Source: Utricularia gibba (taxonomy: Eukaryota > Plantae > Magnoliophyta). Taken from it: DNA of 64,000 nucleotides. The stretch's first letter is position 1. Every line of letters starts with the position of its first letter. The notes under the pieces are model-generated. The model saw only the letters and a list, made by a program, of their open reading frames with translations. It was not told the DNA's origin and made no database searches. The stretch covers positions 1,116,001-1,180,000 of the forward strand of contig NEEC01000014.1 of assembly GCA_002189035.1 (NCBI GenBank), in the 5' to 3' direction. Of this stretch, positions 14,438 to 27,523 are shown piece after piece. The translations under genes were made by a program, and so were the position numbers.

Positions 14438-17400
14438 CTAAGCTGAACACAAGGATGCTCTTTGCTTTACCAGTAATTGCTTTAGCTTTTTTATCAACTT
14501 TGGATCAGAACAGATATGGTCCTGAAATGAACACCTTAATGACTGCAGCAATTTCTTGTGATCTGTAACCGGATCGATGTTGAGTAGATTTGCAAATAAG
14601 TTCTCCCAAAGATCCACTTTCCAATACCTGTAACATGGTGCAGTGTTTGAAAATCAGATACATGCCGGTGAAGATGGTGAGATACAGATTTGAAGATGAT
14701 GAAGACGAACCGCTTAAGACGTGATTTTGGGTGGTAGGTATGAGTTCCACCAGGAGACGGTCTCTTTTCAAGATCCACGTATGTATTGTGAAGCATCATA
14801 TGCACTATGACGCACAGTCCATACAGGTCCACCTGCATCAATGGAACGTTATGTGACAGCTGGACTAAGGTCAAGATCCTGCTCTGTGTAGACCTTCTGA
14901 ACATTGTTACTAATGTTGTTGGCTACTAAACCAACAACTGTTGGTAAATAAAAGAAGTATGCGGTTACCTGAAATGTCCATGGCTTACTCTCTTGCATCT
15001 CGATGCAACGAAAGCCAGAAGTCCTACAATCTCCATTAAATTGCGTGTTATTGGGAAAGAGGCCGAGATCTATTCCTCGTCCCCAGTCGACAAGACATAG
15101 TCCCTGACTTAGTGAGCAATATCAACATGATAAAATGCGAAGACACAGTACAAAATGCTTATTTTCACGTGTACAGAAGAAGTGGTTCCTTACCTGATCG
15201 CCCCATGGTCCAATACGATGACGGAATTCGTTCTCATTTTCTGTTGGGTCATCCCTACATGCGAACATGGTTATGGCTGTTGTATCCAACCAAGGCCGAG
15301 AATAATCAGGATGTGACTTAAAAGAGATGCACCATGGACCCAACACAGTTTCTGGTTTTACATATCACAGTTGGTATCAACAGCTTTTGAAGATATTTAC
15401 CTTGAATACCGAATGAGCAAATTATCAGGCTTGAAATCCCCATGGATAATACCAGCATCATGAAGTGTCTCAAGGATTTGGAGCATTTCTATGGTGTAAT
15501 ACATACATAATACTTCATCCATAAACCCACCTTTAACCACATGTGAGTTTATTGCATCCTGTGATAAGAAGTTTTCAATTCAGTAATGACTCATTCTTAA
15601 AGCTATCGCAGAAAAAAAAAAAGAAAAGAAAAAGGAGAACTCGGATGCATGAGGAAACCAAGAGCATTAAACGTGAACCTGAAGTGTCCCATGGGCAAAA
15701 TAATCAGAGACCAGGACACTGTAATCTGAGTATAGGTGCACTCTGTGAGCAACGCCAAAGCTCCTTCTCTAAAATCGTGATGATAATGATGAGAATAACA
15801 ATATGATTTCAGTATTTAAGAGAAGCGAAGTTGAGTTGTGAATCATGAGTTTGTACTGGCATACTTCTTTTTGTGGTATCCGCACATCAAGCTGACGGTA
15901 CATGTAAAATTCCCAGGGAAAAGGTGGTTTTTGGATCTGCAGAAAGAAGGATAGAAATTGACAGAAAATACAATTAGGAGCACAGTACTGGATCTAAATA
16001 AGAACATTTTCTGGGATATGATAATGCCTTGAGTGCAACAATATCATCCGGGTTGCTGTTGATGTATGCTTTGAACACTTGAGCGAAGCCCCCCTGACCA
16101 GCACAACCTTTAATCTGATATTTCTGTCCACCTTTTAAAAATCAAACGACAACCACTTAAGGAAAAAAGAAGGAGAAAAACAAGCAAATGTAAATTATTA
16201 TGGCTTCAAATGTGCACTGAAAATACCTATGTCCACTATTTTATTTCGTGCTGTTTTCAGCAAGGATGATAATGAAACCTTTGCGGGGTATGCCTTGTTT
16301 GTCGAATGGTATCCCTGAAGAAATCAGATGTATTTTCTCATTTTTTCCAAAAAAAAATATGTTGTAATACGAAATAGAATGGATTTCCCTCCTGACATGA
16401 TCTCTCACCTCGTAATTTACAACCTGAGCATTCATCTTCAATAATAGATTTTTTATTGTTAAAGGAGACCATGGATTAACCAAGTCCTCACAATTCTGCA
16501 TATGGAGAACGGCCGTTATGTTTAGCAAAGTTGAAAAATGCAAGCGAACATGAATGTATCATAAGATAAAGGATTACCACGGTGACACATAACGAATACA
16601 AAACCATAATTCTTACAAAGTCGTTACATGAAAAAAATGATAGAGATGAGATTAAGGTATACCTTCTGAACAGATCCTCTACTAACTTTCTCAGACATTC
16701 TCTCGAGAAACAGCACTTGTGCTTTTTTCAGTCGCCCCAGAGGCTGAGCATTTCTGGACAGACGTCTCAAGTTCTCATTTAACGTTTCAATAGAAGGACT
16801 TATTCTGCCTTGTTCAAACTAAACAAATAATAAAACTTGAGCTAATGAACCTGGAGATGCCAAGGTTGTACATGCCACATGCATCAATAAGCCTGCCTTT
16901 TGCTTCAAGGAACAAGGCTACAGATTCATAAAACTGCGCTTTTTGGTGGCAAATATGAAGCTCTTCCATCTCCCTGAAGACCGTTTCATAGTCAGGGCTG
17001 CCATCCATCTATCAATAGTAGGGAAAAAAGTAAAAGATCTTATCAAAAGACGAATACATTCAAAACCCGTTTAACTTAGTGAGAATCCACTACGTCTAGT
17101 AAAAGATAAATCATCATTACACTTACGTAAAGTATCCAAACTTTAAGAAATCTGACGTCGTCTCGATACCTTGAATCGAACTTGAAGGCATCGATACATT
17201 TCGATAACAACTCATAGAAATCAGAATATCCATTACCAAACTGAGTTTCAGTGTGAATCAGAAGCGATTCATGAATGGATCTGCATAAATTTCGCAATTC
17301 ATGAACCTAGCGCAAATACAAAGGAATCATACAACAACAAAAATGAAAAATCGCGCATCATTCATACATTAGCCAAGGCAACAGAGGATCAGCTTCAGCA

Positions 17401-17441
17401 TCTTCAACTATAGCGTTGACATTTGTTGGAGCGATGGCCAT
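14438..17441 (-). CDS. BUB1: Mitotic checkpoint kinase BUB1 (BMF1-like), multi-exon
   Basis: N-terminal TPR segment DPLLPWL..YRDDVRFLKVWILY. Kinase motifs GQGGFAQVFKA, VALK|IQKPPFPWEFYMY, HGDFKPDN and DLYGLCVIVHMMLH. Stop TAG at 14438. Confidence 0.92.
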
Positions 17442-17790
17442 TGAATTGTAGCACTGGATCTTCACTGTACGAGAGCGCGAAAGCTCGTGCAGAACCCAGC
17501 GCCTTGGTCTTACGAATTTTGAAACGTCTAGCTTTTCAAAAAATGGGCGGATAATTTACCGAAGAAAATATCTTGCTGCAAAAGCCCATAATGAATATAC
17601 GGAGAAGATAATGGGCCGGCCCAACATGGAAATGCCTTTTTTGGATTTCTTTGTTGAAGAAATTTATTTGGACATTTTAATGTGGCAAATTATGTAGTTG
17701 ATGTGAAGAAGCGAAAGAGCAGCCATTTTTCCGACGTCACGGCATTGGGGAGAAGCGGAGCGAAGGCAAAAACCCTCGAATCGGGGGAGA
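17441..17790. promoter_or_regulatory. Bidirectional promoter BUB1/AMSH1 with site II (TCP-type) elements
   Basis: Start codons are 349 bp apart, head to head. AATGGGCGG, AAAAGCCCAT and ATGGGCCGGCCCAAC (17611-17625). Confidence 0.6.
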
Positions 17791-20700
17791 TGGCTCCATC
17801 CTCCGAAGGAACAATTGATATCTCTTTATCCACCAGGAAGATTGATGTCGATAACAAGATTTCTTTGCGAACTTACTCCCGTATCGCTGATAATCTTCTC
17901 AGGCTGGTTTGTTCTTTTTTTTTTTTCTTTTTGAGTATTCTGTAGTTTATTGTGTTAATCAGCTCCATTTTGGCTTATAGAGTCCTAGTTATTGTGGGAT
18001 GTAGCGGGATTTTGTAGGGTAAATCAACCTTTTGACGCGTCCGAGTGTCTGGGTTTGTAAATTTGATCACCTGGGCTGGCTCTAAGGTTTTTTTCTGATA
18101 TAATTATTCCCAGTATTTTGTGATCAGTCGAAGAATTAGAGATGACGCTTTTAAAAACAACTGGTTAGGGTGTCTTTACGATTACCTGGAATTTTGGAGT
18201 CATATCCCTTCTTAGTCTCTTGTAAGAGTCCACATTATTGGTTTCTAAATGATTAGCTTGCTATTCCAGGCTGTGTTTATTCCCGTGACATTGCTTGTTT
18301 TCTATTTCCCTTTTCCAATAAAGTTGGTGTGTTCCATCTGTTCTATGTGTCGATATTTTTTCTTGTAGGCTGACATTTTTCGTCTAGAAGATAACACTAT
18401 TGACTTGTATGTTATGCTCCTTCGATTCTCAAGGTGAGGGGTATTGGACTGCTTATGTATTCTATTTAACTACATTCTCGCCCTATAGGATGCCAATTGC
18501 CAGTAAGTTTTATTGACTTGAGATGTATGGTCTCTAGTTTGGCTACAGAAACTATTCCCTCTCATAGAGACTACAAAACATTTCCCCAAGGAAGCAAACT
18601 TTATCTCAAAAAGGTAAAAAAAACCTGTTTCTTTCGTGTCAATGTTTTTTAGTTCATGGTTTCCATTCCAAAATTTTGCATGCATCTGATACAGAAACTG
18701 ATAACATCATTGGGAGAACTTGAAGAACTGAAACCAGTTGTTCAAGCTAAAATTCAAGCATTGAAAACTAGGAAAAATTTTCATCAAACCAGCCAGCAAG
18801 ATTCTTTGCAAATTCGTGATAAGCAGTATTCGTTTGATTGGCCTGCGAATGAGAGGCATTATAATACGGATAAGGTGATGTTGCTTTGTGTTTTCTTCTC
18901 TATATTGTATAACTGTTTTGAAGATATTTACCTTTGAAGTATCACGGCTTTCATTCAGCCAGTCTTGACATTTTATCTTCTAGAAATGTCATAAAGGAAT
19001 CGCTGTTGTCATGTGATCTGAATATAACAGAAACTACTTCAATTCACCGGACAAGATGGATACCCACGGCAAAATGGTGTCTCAGTTTCAGAACCCACCA
19101 ACAGGCATTTCCAATTGATGTAAGATAGCTGCATCTTTAGAAATGCCATCGTGGCTCCTATTACAGTTGGATCACTCTAGTACGCCTCTTTCATTTGAGG
19201 TCGTCGGCAGTCCTTTTTTAAAAAATTTTTAGCTGTAATTCGAAATTTTTTTGTATTTTACGTGTCAAATTAACTTCTTTCCTCACTTGGTACACAAAAA
19301 GATGCTGAAATGGTTTCTTTTAGTTTAGCTAGCCATCGTCATGCCAATATCATATACTATTCTAGTAACGACAGCTGCTTTGTTCAGATCCCAGGGTCTA
19401 CTCCGGCCAAAGGAGGAGACTCTTTCTAAACACTCTATTTTGGGCCCAACTGGGCTTTCTGGACAGTGGAAGCCTCCTAGTACCTATAAGGTGGAGTAAG
19501 TTCTAGTTGATATTGCCTTTTTTCCCCTTAAGAGTGGTTTTATAGTTTCTTTTTAATTTCAGATTCAGTATCCAAGCAATGCACAATTCACATCACTGGC
19601 GGTCACATGGTAAAGCATATATTAGAATTTCGCATATTTTCAATTTTTGTGTGGATGCTTTTTACATGTTTCCGAGCACAATTTTCTGTGTAATTTCTTT
19701 TTTCTGTGAATTTTCATTAACTTACATATTTTGGTTCGTTTATTGATTACTATGGGTATCGTTTTTTATTCCTTTAAGGAATAACCTTACTCAGCAATCC
19801 ACCAAAGAAGAGACTACTTCCAGAGAGAACGTGCAAAGCTCAGAACCAGAAGCTTTAGAGTTGGGATCATCGGCTGAAATGAGATATGATAAAAACCTGA
19901 CCGCAGAATCAGATTCCCTAATTTCTTTTGATGTCATTGAGAGTCCCCCGCAACCTGAAGTTATTAGACAACCTTCACCACCCCCTGTTCTAGCAGATGT
20001 GCAGGAATTGATGGCAGTATCAACTGTAGATACTCACCCCAATCCTTCACTACAAAATACCTCCAGTGATGTTTTAGCATGCTGTGAAGATCCTTTGGAG
20101 TTGCACATAGTAAGCGCATATAAGCTGTTTTAAATTTTGTCTTATTTTTTATTGGTTTTTTTCAACATTATATATTTTTATTTGCAACTTTCCTTGGAGG
20201 TTGAATAAGTTTTATTTCGTATTTCAGTCAACCACCCTTATGGACAGTTTCATGAGGCTCGCCAAGTCAAACACAAAAAGAAACTTAGAAACATGTGGTG
20301 TACTTGCTGGTTCTCTCGTAAGTGTTTGATGTATATTGATTTTGAATCTCCCAGTCACGTGTTTGCCATGTTTGTAATTTTGATGATCATGGTAGAAGCA
20401 ACCGTAGTAAATAAATAACTTATGTGCTTTTGCTAAAGGATTCTGCTCTTAGACTTGTTCAGTGAATCCATATCCCGTTAAGGACTCAACGCTTGCAATG
20501 TTTTTCATGTGTTGTTATTGTATATATACTTTCTTGACAAGGATGGTCTTCAATTTGCATCAGAAAAACCGCAGATTTTATATTACGGCCTTGATTATCC
20601 CAAAGCAGGAATCTACAGAAAACTCAGTAAGACTTGGTCATTTTGTTTTGAAAAGAACTGCATTTGTATGTTGCAATTCTCATTAATAACTGCTAATTTG

Positions 20701-21509
20701 ATGCTATTTATTTTGTATGTTCAGTGCCAGGCGACAAATGAGGAAGAAATATTTGAAGTACAGGACAAGCAGAGCCTTTTCCCTCTCGGGTGGATTCATG
20801 TAAGCTTATGCACTAGATTTATGCATTTGATGTTGGTTACTGTATTCCTTTCATGTGCGTTATTCACACCCTAATCACATGAATTCTAAGCTATCCTATT
20901 TTATTTACAAGCGAGGTCAGAGAATCTGGGGCATCATTTTCATCAAGTACAAAGTTTTTGTTTCCTACTGTTTTATACTCACTCGCTGCGTTCTTTTCCA
21001 ACTTTTTTTGGCAGACACATCCTACACAATCGTGCTTTATGTCATCAATTGATGTTCATACACACTATTCTTATCAGGTATATTTCTGTATTACTGAGTG
21101 TTGCTTCTCGATTTTCTCATTACACTAAAAAAGAACGAAACTTTATGGTCAACCGCCACTTCCCATCCATTAGTTTCTCACATGGATAATGTGCAGATAA
21201 TGCTGCCAGAAGCGATTGCAATTGTAATGGCTCCGACAGACAGTTCTAGGTAATTTTACTGTCTCATCATCTCACCCTTCTTGTATGAGACTTTGAACAT
21301 GTGACTGATTCACTCATCTTCCTGTTTGCTTATCCAGAACCCATGGCATTTTTCGGCTCACTTCGGGGGGGTTGTCAGTCATCAGACAATGCCCAAGACG
21401 TGGTTTTCATAGCCATGATCCCCCATCTGATGGTATGCCCATATATTCACAATGTACAGATGTTTACATGAATTCCAGTTTGCAATTCGATGTCATTGAT
21501 CTGCGTTGA
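17790..21509 (+). CDS. AMSH1: AMSH-like deubiquitinase (USP8-dimerisation/MIT-like N-terminus plus JAMM domain)
   Basis: IDVDNKISLRTYSRIADNLL, NLETCGVLAG and GWIH|THPTQSCFMSSID (JAMM motif); ends FDVIDLR*. Confidence 0.93.
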
Positions 21510-22645
21510 GCCAAGAGACTACTGCACCTCCATGCCTAAACTGCTGATTGTTTTGTGTATACACGATGCAGACTACAGTGTATAGTAACATGTATTTTGA
21601 TTTCTGCCCCCTGGCTTGATCACAAGTCAGGTTGGAATTCCTACACTTTGGTTTTTTGTAAGAAATCTACTGACTCTGTAAAATTTACCGGTCGCCAAAG
21701 CATTTGTAAGGCACTGTATCATATCCCGGCGGATCTCGTCAAGGGATTTGGCCGCCAATGGCGCATACTTCCGATCAGCCCATCGGCGAGATTCCGACCT
21801 TTCTTCTTCTACTACTGTAGTTCCTCTTCTTATGTGTTGCAGGATCCTTTTAACTGCGTATGCTTCTTTTCTGTATCTGGATTCGACTGAATGCAGCCCA
21901 GAACATGGAGTAGCAGGCGGCCGATGGCCTCGGGAAGGAGACCACTGAAACGACGTCGTATCCTTCCAAATCCACGAATTGAATGCTGCTAATTACATCC
22001 GCATGCTTCCTCTGTATTTTTAAATTAGATAACAGAACCGCGAGCGAGAAATTGTTGCAATACAGCGAATCAGCAGCTTCTGCCATGTCAGTCAGCCGTA
22101 GCTTTACCTGTTCTTCGTGTCGTTTCGCTTAATTTCATCTTGCGTGATACTTTCTTCTTCGTGTCCTTGATCATTGTATTCGCGTTTGGGTAAGCGGATG
22201 CAGCTTTGGTTTTGTAAGAAATCACTGTTCGATGCATCTGGTGCTGGATTGGTGCCGTTTCGGTCTCGTAGTTGCTTGGATTTGATTGATTTTTGTTTGA
22301 AACCTAATGAATTACGCGCCTCCGCGCCGACTTTTCGTGCTCAAGTGATCGCCTTTACTTGTAACCCTGCGTAGGCACCACGGAAGATGATTCACAGCAC
22401 CTAGAGTGCACTTTTGTGATGTTTTATATGAGTTCACCGCCAGTTATCATGTTTTTACTGCTGTAACAATGTTTTTGGCGTCTGTACTATATATATGGGT
22501 TACATTTTTTAAATCTCGCACTGTTGCGTTCACGTTTGGTCCAGTTTTTTCTCAGGCCTCTGGTAAGCAACACCAAATTTACTCGTTTCTTTTTCCTTAT
22601 TTGCAGATCTTTCTTATCTTTAATCATCAGTCTTGCGTGAGAGGA

Positions 22646-24003
22646 ATGGAGCCTTCAGATATTGTTGGTAGAACAAAAGAGGATGCTTCGCTACCCAAGG
22701 GTATGAAGTTTTTATTGTCCCATCCTCGTATCTGTTGTTTGCCCTTCATTTACGCATGTGGTGTATGGAGTTTTTTTTTCTTTGTGTGAACTTATCGTTT
22801 TGCCTTTTTTTATTGAAACAATGACTGTTTGTCTGCTCAACTGAATTTCATGAGATGGGTTGAGTTCTCATCTAGCTATTTTAATGGTTTCTTCTATGAT
22901 TTGTCTTGGGTTGGATATGACCAATTTTTAGTCGTTGCCTTTCATTGCAGCAACTATGACCAAAATCATAAAGGAGATGCTCCCTCCTGATGTTCGTGTT
23001 GCACGAGATACTCAAGATCTTTTAATTGAATGTTGCGTAGGTGTGTGATCACGTTTTGATTATTTCTACATTTTCTTTTTCCAGTTATATAATAATCAGT
23101 CTCAAATGCATTCTTCTTTTTCCTTACTTTAACTCACCTCCATACTCCAGTGATTTGTCTTTCTTCAAACAACCCAAATTTGATGTTCATTTTGCACCTT
23201 TAAAATTTGCATCGGGATTTTTGTAGAATGAATAGAATACTCTAGCAAGCATTTTATTATTGGAATAGTGGAGTTTCCTAGTCCTCTTGTTGTCTAGATT
23301 AGGCTTCCCTTTCAACATATATGCTGATGAAGTGAGGGATTTACTGCACTGATTTTTGCCTTTGTATTTCATTGCTGTTTATCTTAATCTGATTTTCGCT
23401 TCCCTTGGTGCAAAGCTTTATTCAGTTCTAACATGTTCCATGTCATTCCAGAATTCATCAATCTCATTTCATCAGAATCGAATGAAGTATGCAACAGGGA
23501 AGATAAAAGAACGATTGCGCCGGAGCATGTACTCAAGGCCTTGGAGGTATTGAATCTATTTACAGTCTCCTTTCAGGGTCTTGTCCAGAAGAGAAAAATC
23601 TCTTCCCATGTAAATGTTAATAAGCTTAAGTTATCTTCAATGAACGGGAGGCGTCTGTGCATACTGTTGATCTACAGGTACTTGGATTCGGGGAATATGT
23701 CGAAGAAGTTTACACTGCATATGAACAGCACAGAATGGAGACCATGGTATGCTGTTTTTCACTCGTCATTGGTAGCTTAGAATTTCTGGGAATTTCTGGG
23801 AATTGACTGTTCGAAATGGCTTCAACTTGAAGCAGGACAGTATGAAGAGTGGGAAATGGAGTAATGGGGCTGAGATGACTGAAGAAGAAGCAGCAGCACA
23901 GCAGCAAAGGATGTTCGACGAAGCACGTGCCCGGATGAATGGAGGTGCTTCGGCTGTAAATCCACCACCAGGTTCCGACACACATCCAAATGTAGAGGGA
24001 TAA
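22646..24003 (+). CDS. DR1: Dr1 / NC2-beta (NF-YB-like histone-fold repressor), 5 coding exons; spliced 5' leader
   Basis: MEPSDIVGRTKEDASLPK|ATMTKIIKEMLPPDVRVARD..EFINLISSESNEVC..TIAPEHVLKALE..EEEAAAQQQRMFDEARARMN. Confidence 0.95.
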
Positions 24004-24050
24004 AGAGTTCAGTTCATTCCCCTGGCAGTGAATCCTTTAACTTCCTTTCT

Positions 24051-24097
24051 CCGGAATAGATTCCGGCCTGGAGTTTAAGCACCGGAATAGATTCCGG
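24051..24097. repeat. Two identical 16-bp quasi-palindromes
   Basis: CCGGAATAGATTCCGG at 24051-24066 and 24082-24097. Confidence 0.9.
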
Positions 24098-24286
24098 TCA
24101 GGGGTCAGGGGCTTGACATCCTAGGGACGCATGTGGCAAACTTGCCTAATATGAAAATGAGGAGTCACCTAATTATGCAGTGCAGATATCACAGAGACAG
24201 AGACCACTTTGAAATCTACATACACATATATCCAGTTAGTCAGTACATTGACTGTGAAAGGGATCCTACCTAGGTGCTGATTGTGA

Positions 24287-25429
24287 TCAGCAACCACCAC
24301 CGCTTGCTGGCTCAATTGAGCTCAAAAGACCATTGCCTCTGAGCTGCATACAATGCTCCTCCGCATCAGCTTGTGCACAGATGATCACAACTGACATGCC
24401 GTTGTGGTGTGCTTCTTGCATGATATTCACAGCATTGTCAAGTGTCATCCCTGGTATAACCTTCATCAATACTTGCACCACATACTCCCTTTTATTATAG
24501 TTGTCATTATGCAGAAGCACACGGTACGGCGGTGATGTCTTCCTTGACTTCCTGCATCACAGAAAACTATCCTGTTAAAGAGTCTGCGGTGATCAAGCAG
24601 AGCTAATTTTGTATTGAACCAAAGGCTGATGGACACAATGCATGACAGAATACACTTGCAATAGGTGTTCTCAGACAGTTAATACAAAGGGTAGGCTTGC
24701 GATGCTGGAGATTAAAACAGGCACAGCATACCACAGATTACATAGAATGTTCCAACTGATGCAAGGGAAGGTAGAAAAAGGCCCAATACGCATACCTCAA
24801 ATCGAATTCGGATTCACGACCCGGGGTTGGTTTCTCTATTGCAGGTTTCTCCAGAAGGCCTCCTCCTTTCCCAGAACCGGCAACTATCTTTGCTATCAAA
24901 GCACTGCGATTCGAAAACCGTGTATGAAGAGGATATCTCTCCCTGAACACACACAAAGTGTCTATCATAAGAGAGCAAGATTCTGTCATACTGAAACCAA
25001 TGCGTAGAGCTACATCTGCCACAGAAAATTCTCAATGACAGCACTTAACACTTACAACCCAGGCTTAGAGTTGAGGAACCTTGGATTGCTCATAGATAGG
25101 TTAGAATGAACAGGTTCTGTTGCAAGCTATCTAATATTCTAACGAAAAACTGAAGTTCAACAATTCAACATCCATGAACAACAGAGACATGTTTGCACCC
25201 GAAAAAACGCCTCAATCAACCGGAAACTCCTAATTCTGCAACAACGAGTCTCAATCGGAATACTGAAGAAAGAGTAAGATCAACAATTCGAATAAAACCC
25301 AGGCACTACACCGCAATCCTCCCAACAACAATCAAACTCTAACAACCAAACACGCAGGTTACCAGACGGCGGGTTCAAAACATGATTCGGAGAGAGCGCC
25401 ACTCTTCCGCAGCCGATGACCGTCTCCAT
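24287..25429 (-). CDS. CLPS1: Chloroplast Clp protease adaptor ClpS1, 3 exons
   Basis: METVIGCGRVALSPNH..GGGLLEKP..TPGRESEFDLR|KSRKTSPPYRVLLHNDNYNKREYVVQVLMKVIPGM..SIEPASGGGC*. The exon 2 acceptor appears one G short. Confidence 0.93.
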
Positions 25430-26059
25430 TCGCCGGAGCACACGATCGCCACAAACCACGCGCAGATTATTATATTATTTAGTATTAATTAACATTTTTG
25501 TTAAAAAATCAGATCTCGACACGTATCCTTCAATTTATCACAAAAACTAGGATACGAAATTCCACGTGTATAAATCAGAAAAACCTGAAAACTATAAATA
25601 TTGGCATTAATTATGGGATTTGGACTCATTTGGGCATTAATATGTGTATTAAGCAGTAATTAATTTTAAATTTTAATGAAACATTTTCGACACGATTAAT
25701 AAATACTTAATTAATAATTTGATTAACTTACCAAATGTAAGACGTAATTAAAATAGAAAGTCTCTCTTTCTCTGACGAGTTAACAACGAATATTAATAAA
25801 AAAATTAAAAAAACATATTTTTGCAGGAGTCTCCGGATCCAGGAGGAGGAAACCCTACTGAGACACAAAATCCAAGGGCCAAGATTCTCCGACAACTTGA
25901 TCAGATCTTTCTCCCCAGTAAGGACAACCAGCAACCCATTTCCTGCTGCAAATCCAGATCCACACCCCGCAGAGAAGCTCATCCTCTGCAACCAAAACAA
26001 GCCACTCCGCAAAAAAGTCAATCCCATGGTTAAAAAAAGGAACACTGAGGGTGAGAAGA

Positions 26060-26173
26060 GTAGAGCTCCCTTCAATCCAAAGAAGGTTCAAACAAGAGGA
26101 ATCCATCCGTACAGCCACCATCTCCTTTCCTTCTGCTCTGCAAGAACCTCTTTTGGACTTTAAGGAGCTCCAC
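26060..26173 (-). ncRNA. MIR159: MIR159 precursor hairpin (mature miR159a 26061-26081, star 26150-26170)
   Basis: Exact TTTGGATTGAAGGGAGCTCTA on the minus strand. Complementary arm GAGCTCCTTAAAGTCCAAAAG. TATA-like TATATATG near 26427-26434 upstream. Confidence 0.96.
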
Positions 26174-27358
26174 TCTCAAACCCCAGAAAGAAACACAATT
26201 CCTTTCTTCCTACACGTTCTAACAAAGCGCTTCATTTCATTCTACAAACTGGAGTAAATTAAACAATCACAGCAGCAAACAGTAAAGCCACAGATCTAAG
26301 AAAGGGAAACCCTAGGAGATGAACCAGTCATGGAAAGGAAGCAGCAGGTCAGGGCTTGCCGAGAAGAGTAAAAACCCTAGAAAAAAAAACATGAGAACGA
26401 GGGAAGAGGGGGGCAACGAGAGGCCCATATATAGAAGAAGAAGATGAAGAAGACGACGATGACGACGAATAATAAATAATAAATTAATTCATTTCGGTTA
26501 TTATTACAATTTACTGCACTCTGTGAGGGTTCTCGGGAAACGTCGTCCTTTTTTTTATTTCTATTTAATTGATTAGATTCCCTTTTCACATGCGCGTGTC
26601 CATTGACTACCAAATATCACAATTCTTATTTTTAAATAAATAATAATTTTTCTTCACCATTTAACCATATTTTTAATTAAAATAATATACATGAAAATAA
26701 TTAATATTAATTCCTTCATTAATAGTGATCCATCATGATATCAAATGCAACAAAACTAAATATCATAACTATTACACAAATGGTGATATTTAACATTAAA
26801 TACATATGATGAAAGAGATGTGTTTAAATAGTAAAATCCTTATGATCTTGTATAAGATATTTTCTTCGAAAAAAGATAGCATAAAACTATATTATTTGGT
26901 AATTGAATTAATTTAAAAAAATGAGGAAAGATAAGAGCCATAAGTGATTAAACATTAATTATAAATGATTTTAAATTTTAAAATGAAGAAAAGTGATTTT
27001 AATATATTAATTTACATTGTAATCAAATAACGTAATTTATTATATACTTTTATTTTATAATTGTTTCAATTTAATACATAATTTTAAAATCCTGAATTTC
27101 ATTTTTAAATGAATCAATATTTAAAATAAGGATAGAAAAGATGAAAAACATAAAAACATAAAATGTAATTATATTACTTTATTTAACTCTTTGATGCCGT
27201 ACTACCCGTAAAAAGCGGGGACAGGAGAAATTGGTGCCCTAATGATATCATAGGGCCGTACGTTGTAAAACCTCAAAGAAATTGTAACAAAATAAATAAA
27301 TAAAATTAATTTTCATACTATTTTTAATAATTTGAATGGTAACTATCATTATTTAGAT

Positions 27359-27523
27359 CTTGTTTGGTTCGTGGATCTAGAAGGCTACTTACCGACCTAA
27401 GATTTTAAGATCTTGATCGGAATGAAATAGTTGAATACTATGATAAAACAATATGATAACGATTATCAAATATTTTTATATTAAACACAAAAAACATAAT
27501 ATTATTTTGACTAACCAAACAAG
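27359..27523. mobile_element. Tourist/PIF-like MITE remnant
   Basis: Perfect 11-bp inverted repeats CTTGTTTGGTT (27359-27369) and AACCAAACAAG (27513-27523), AT-rich interior, TTA on the left flank only. Confidence 0.45.

Noticed and set aside
25728-26257. Several 70-115 aa ORFs on both strands
   Set aside because: They overlap the MIR159 primary transcript and show no family motifs.
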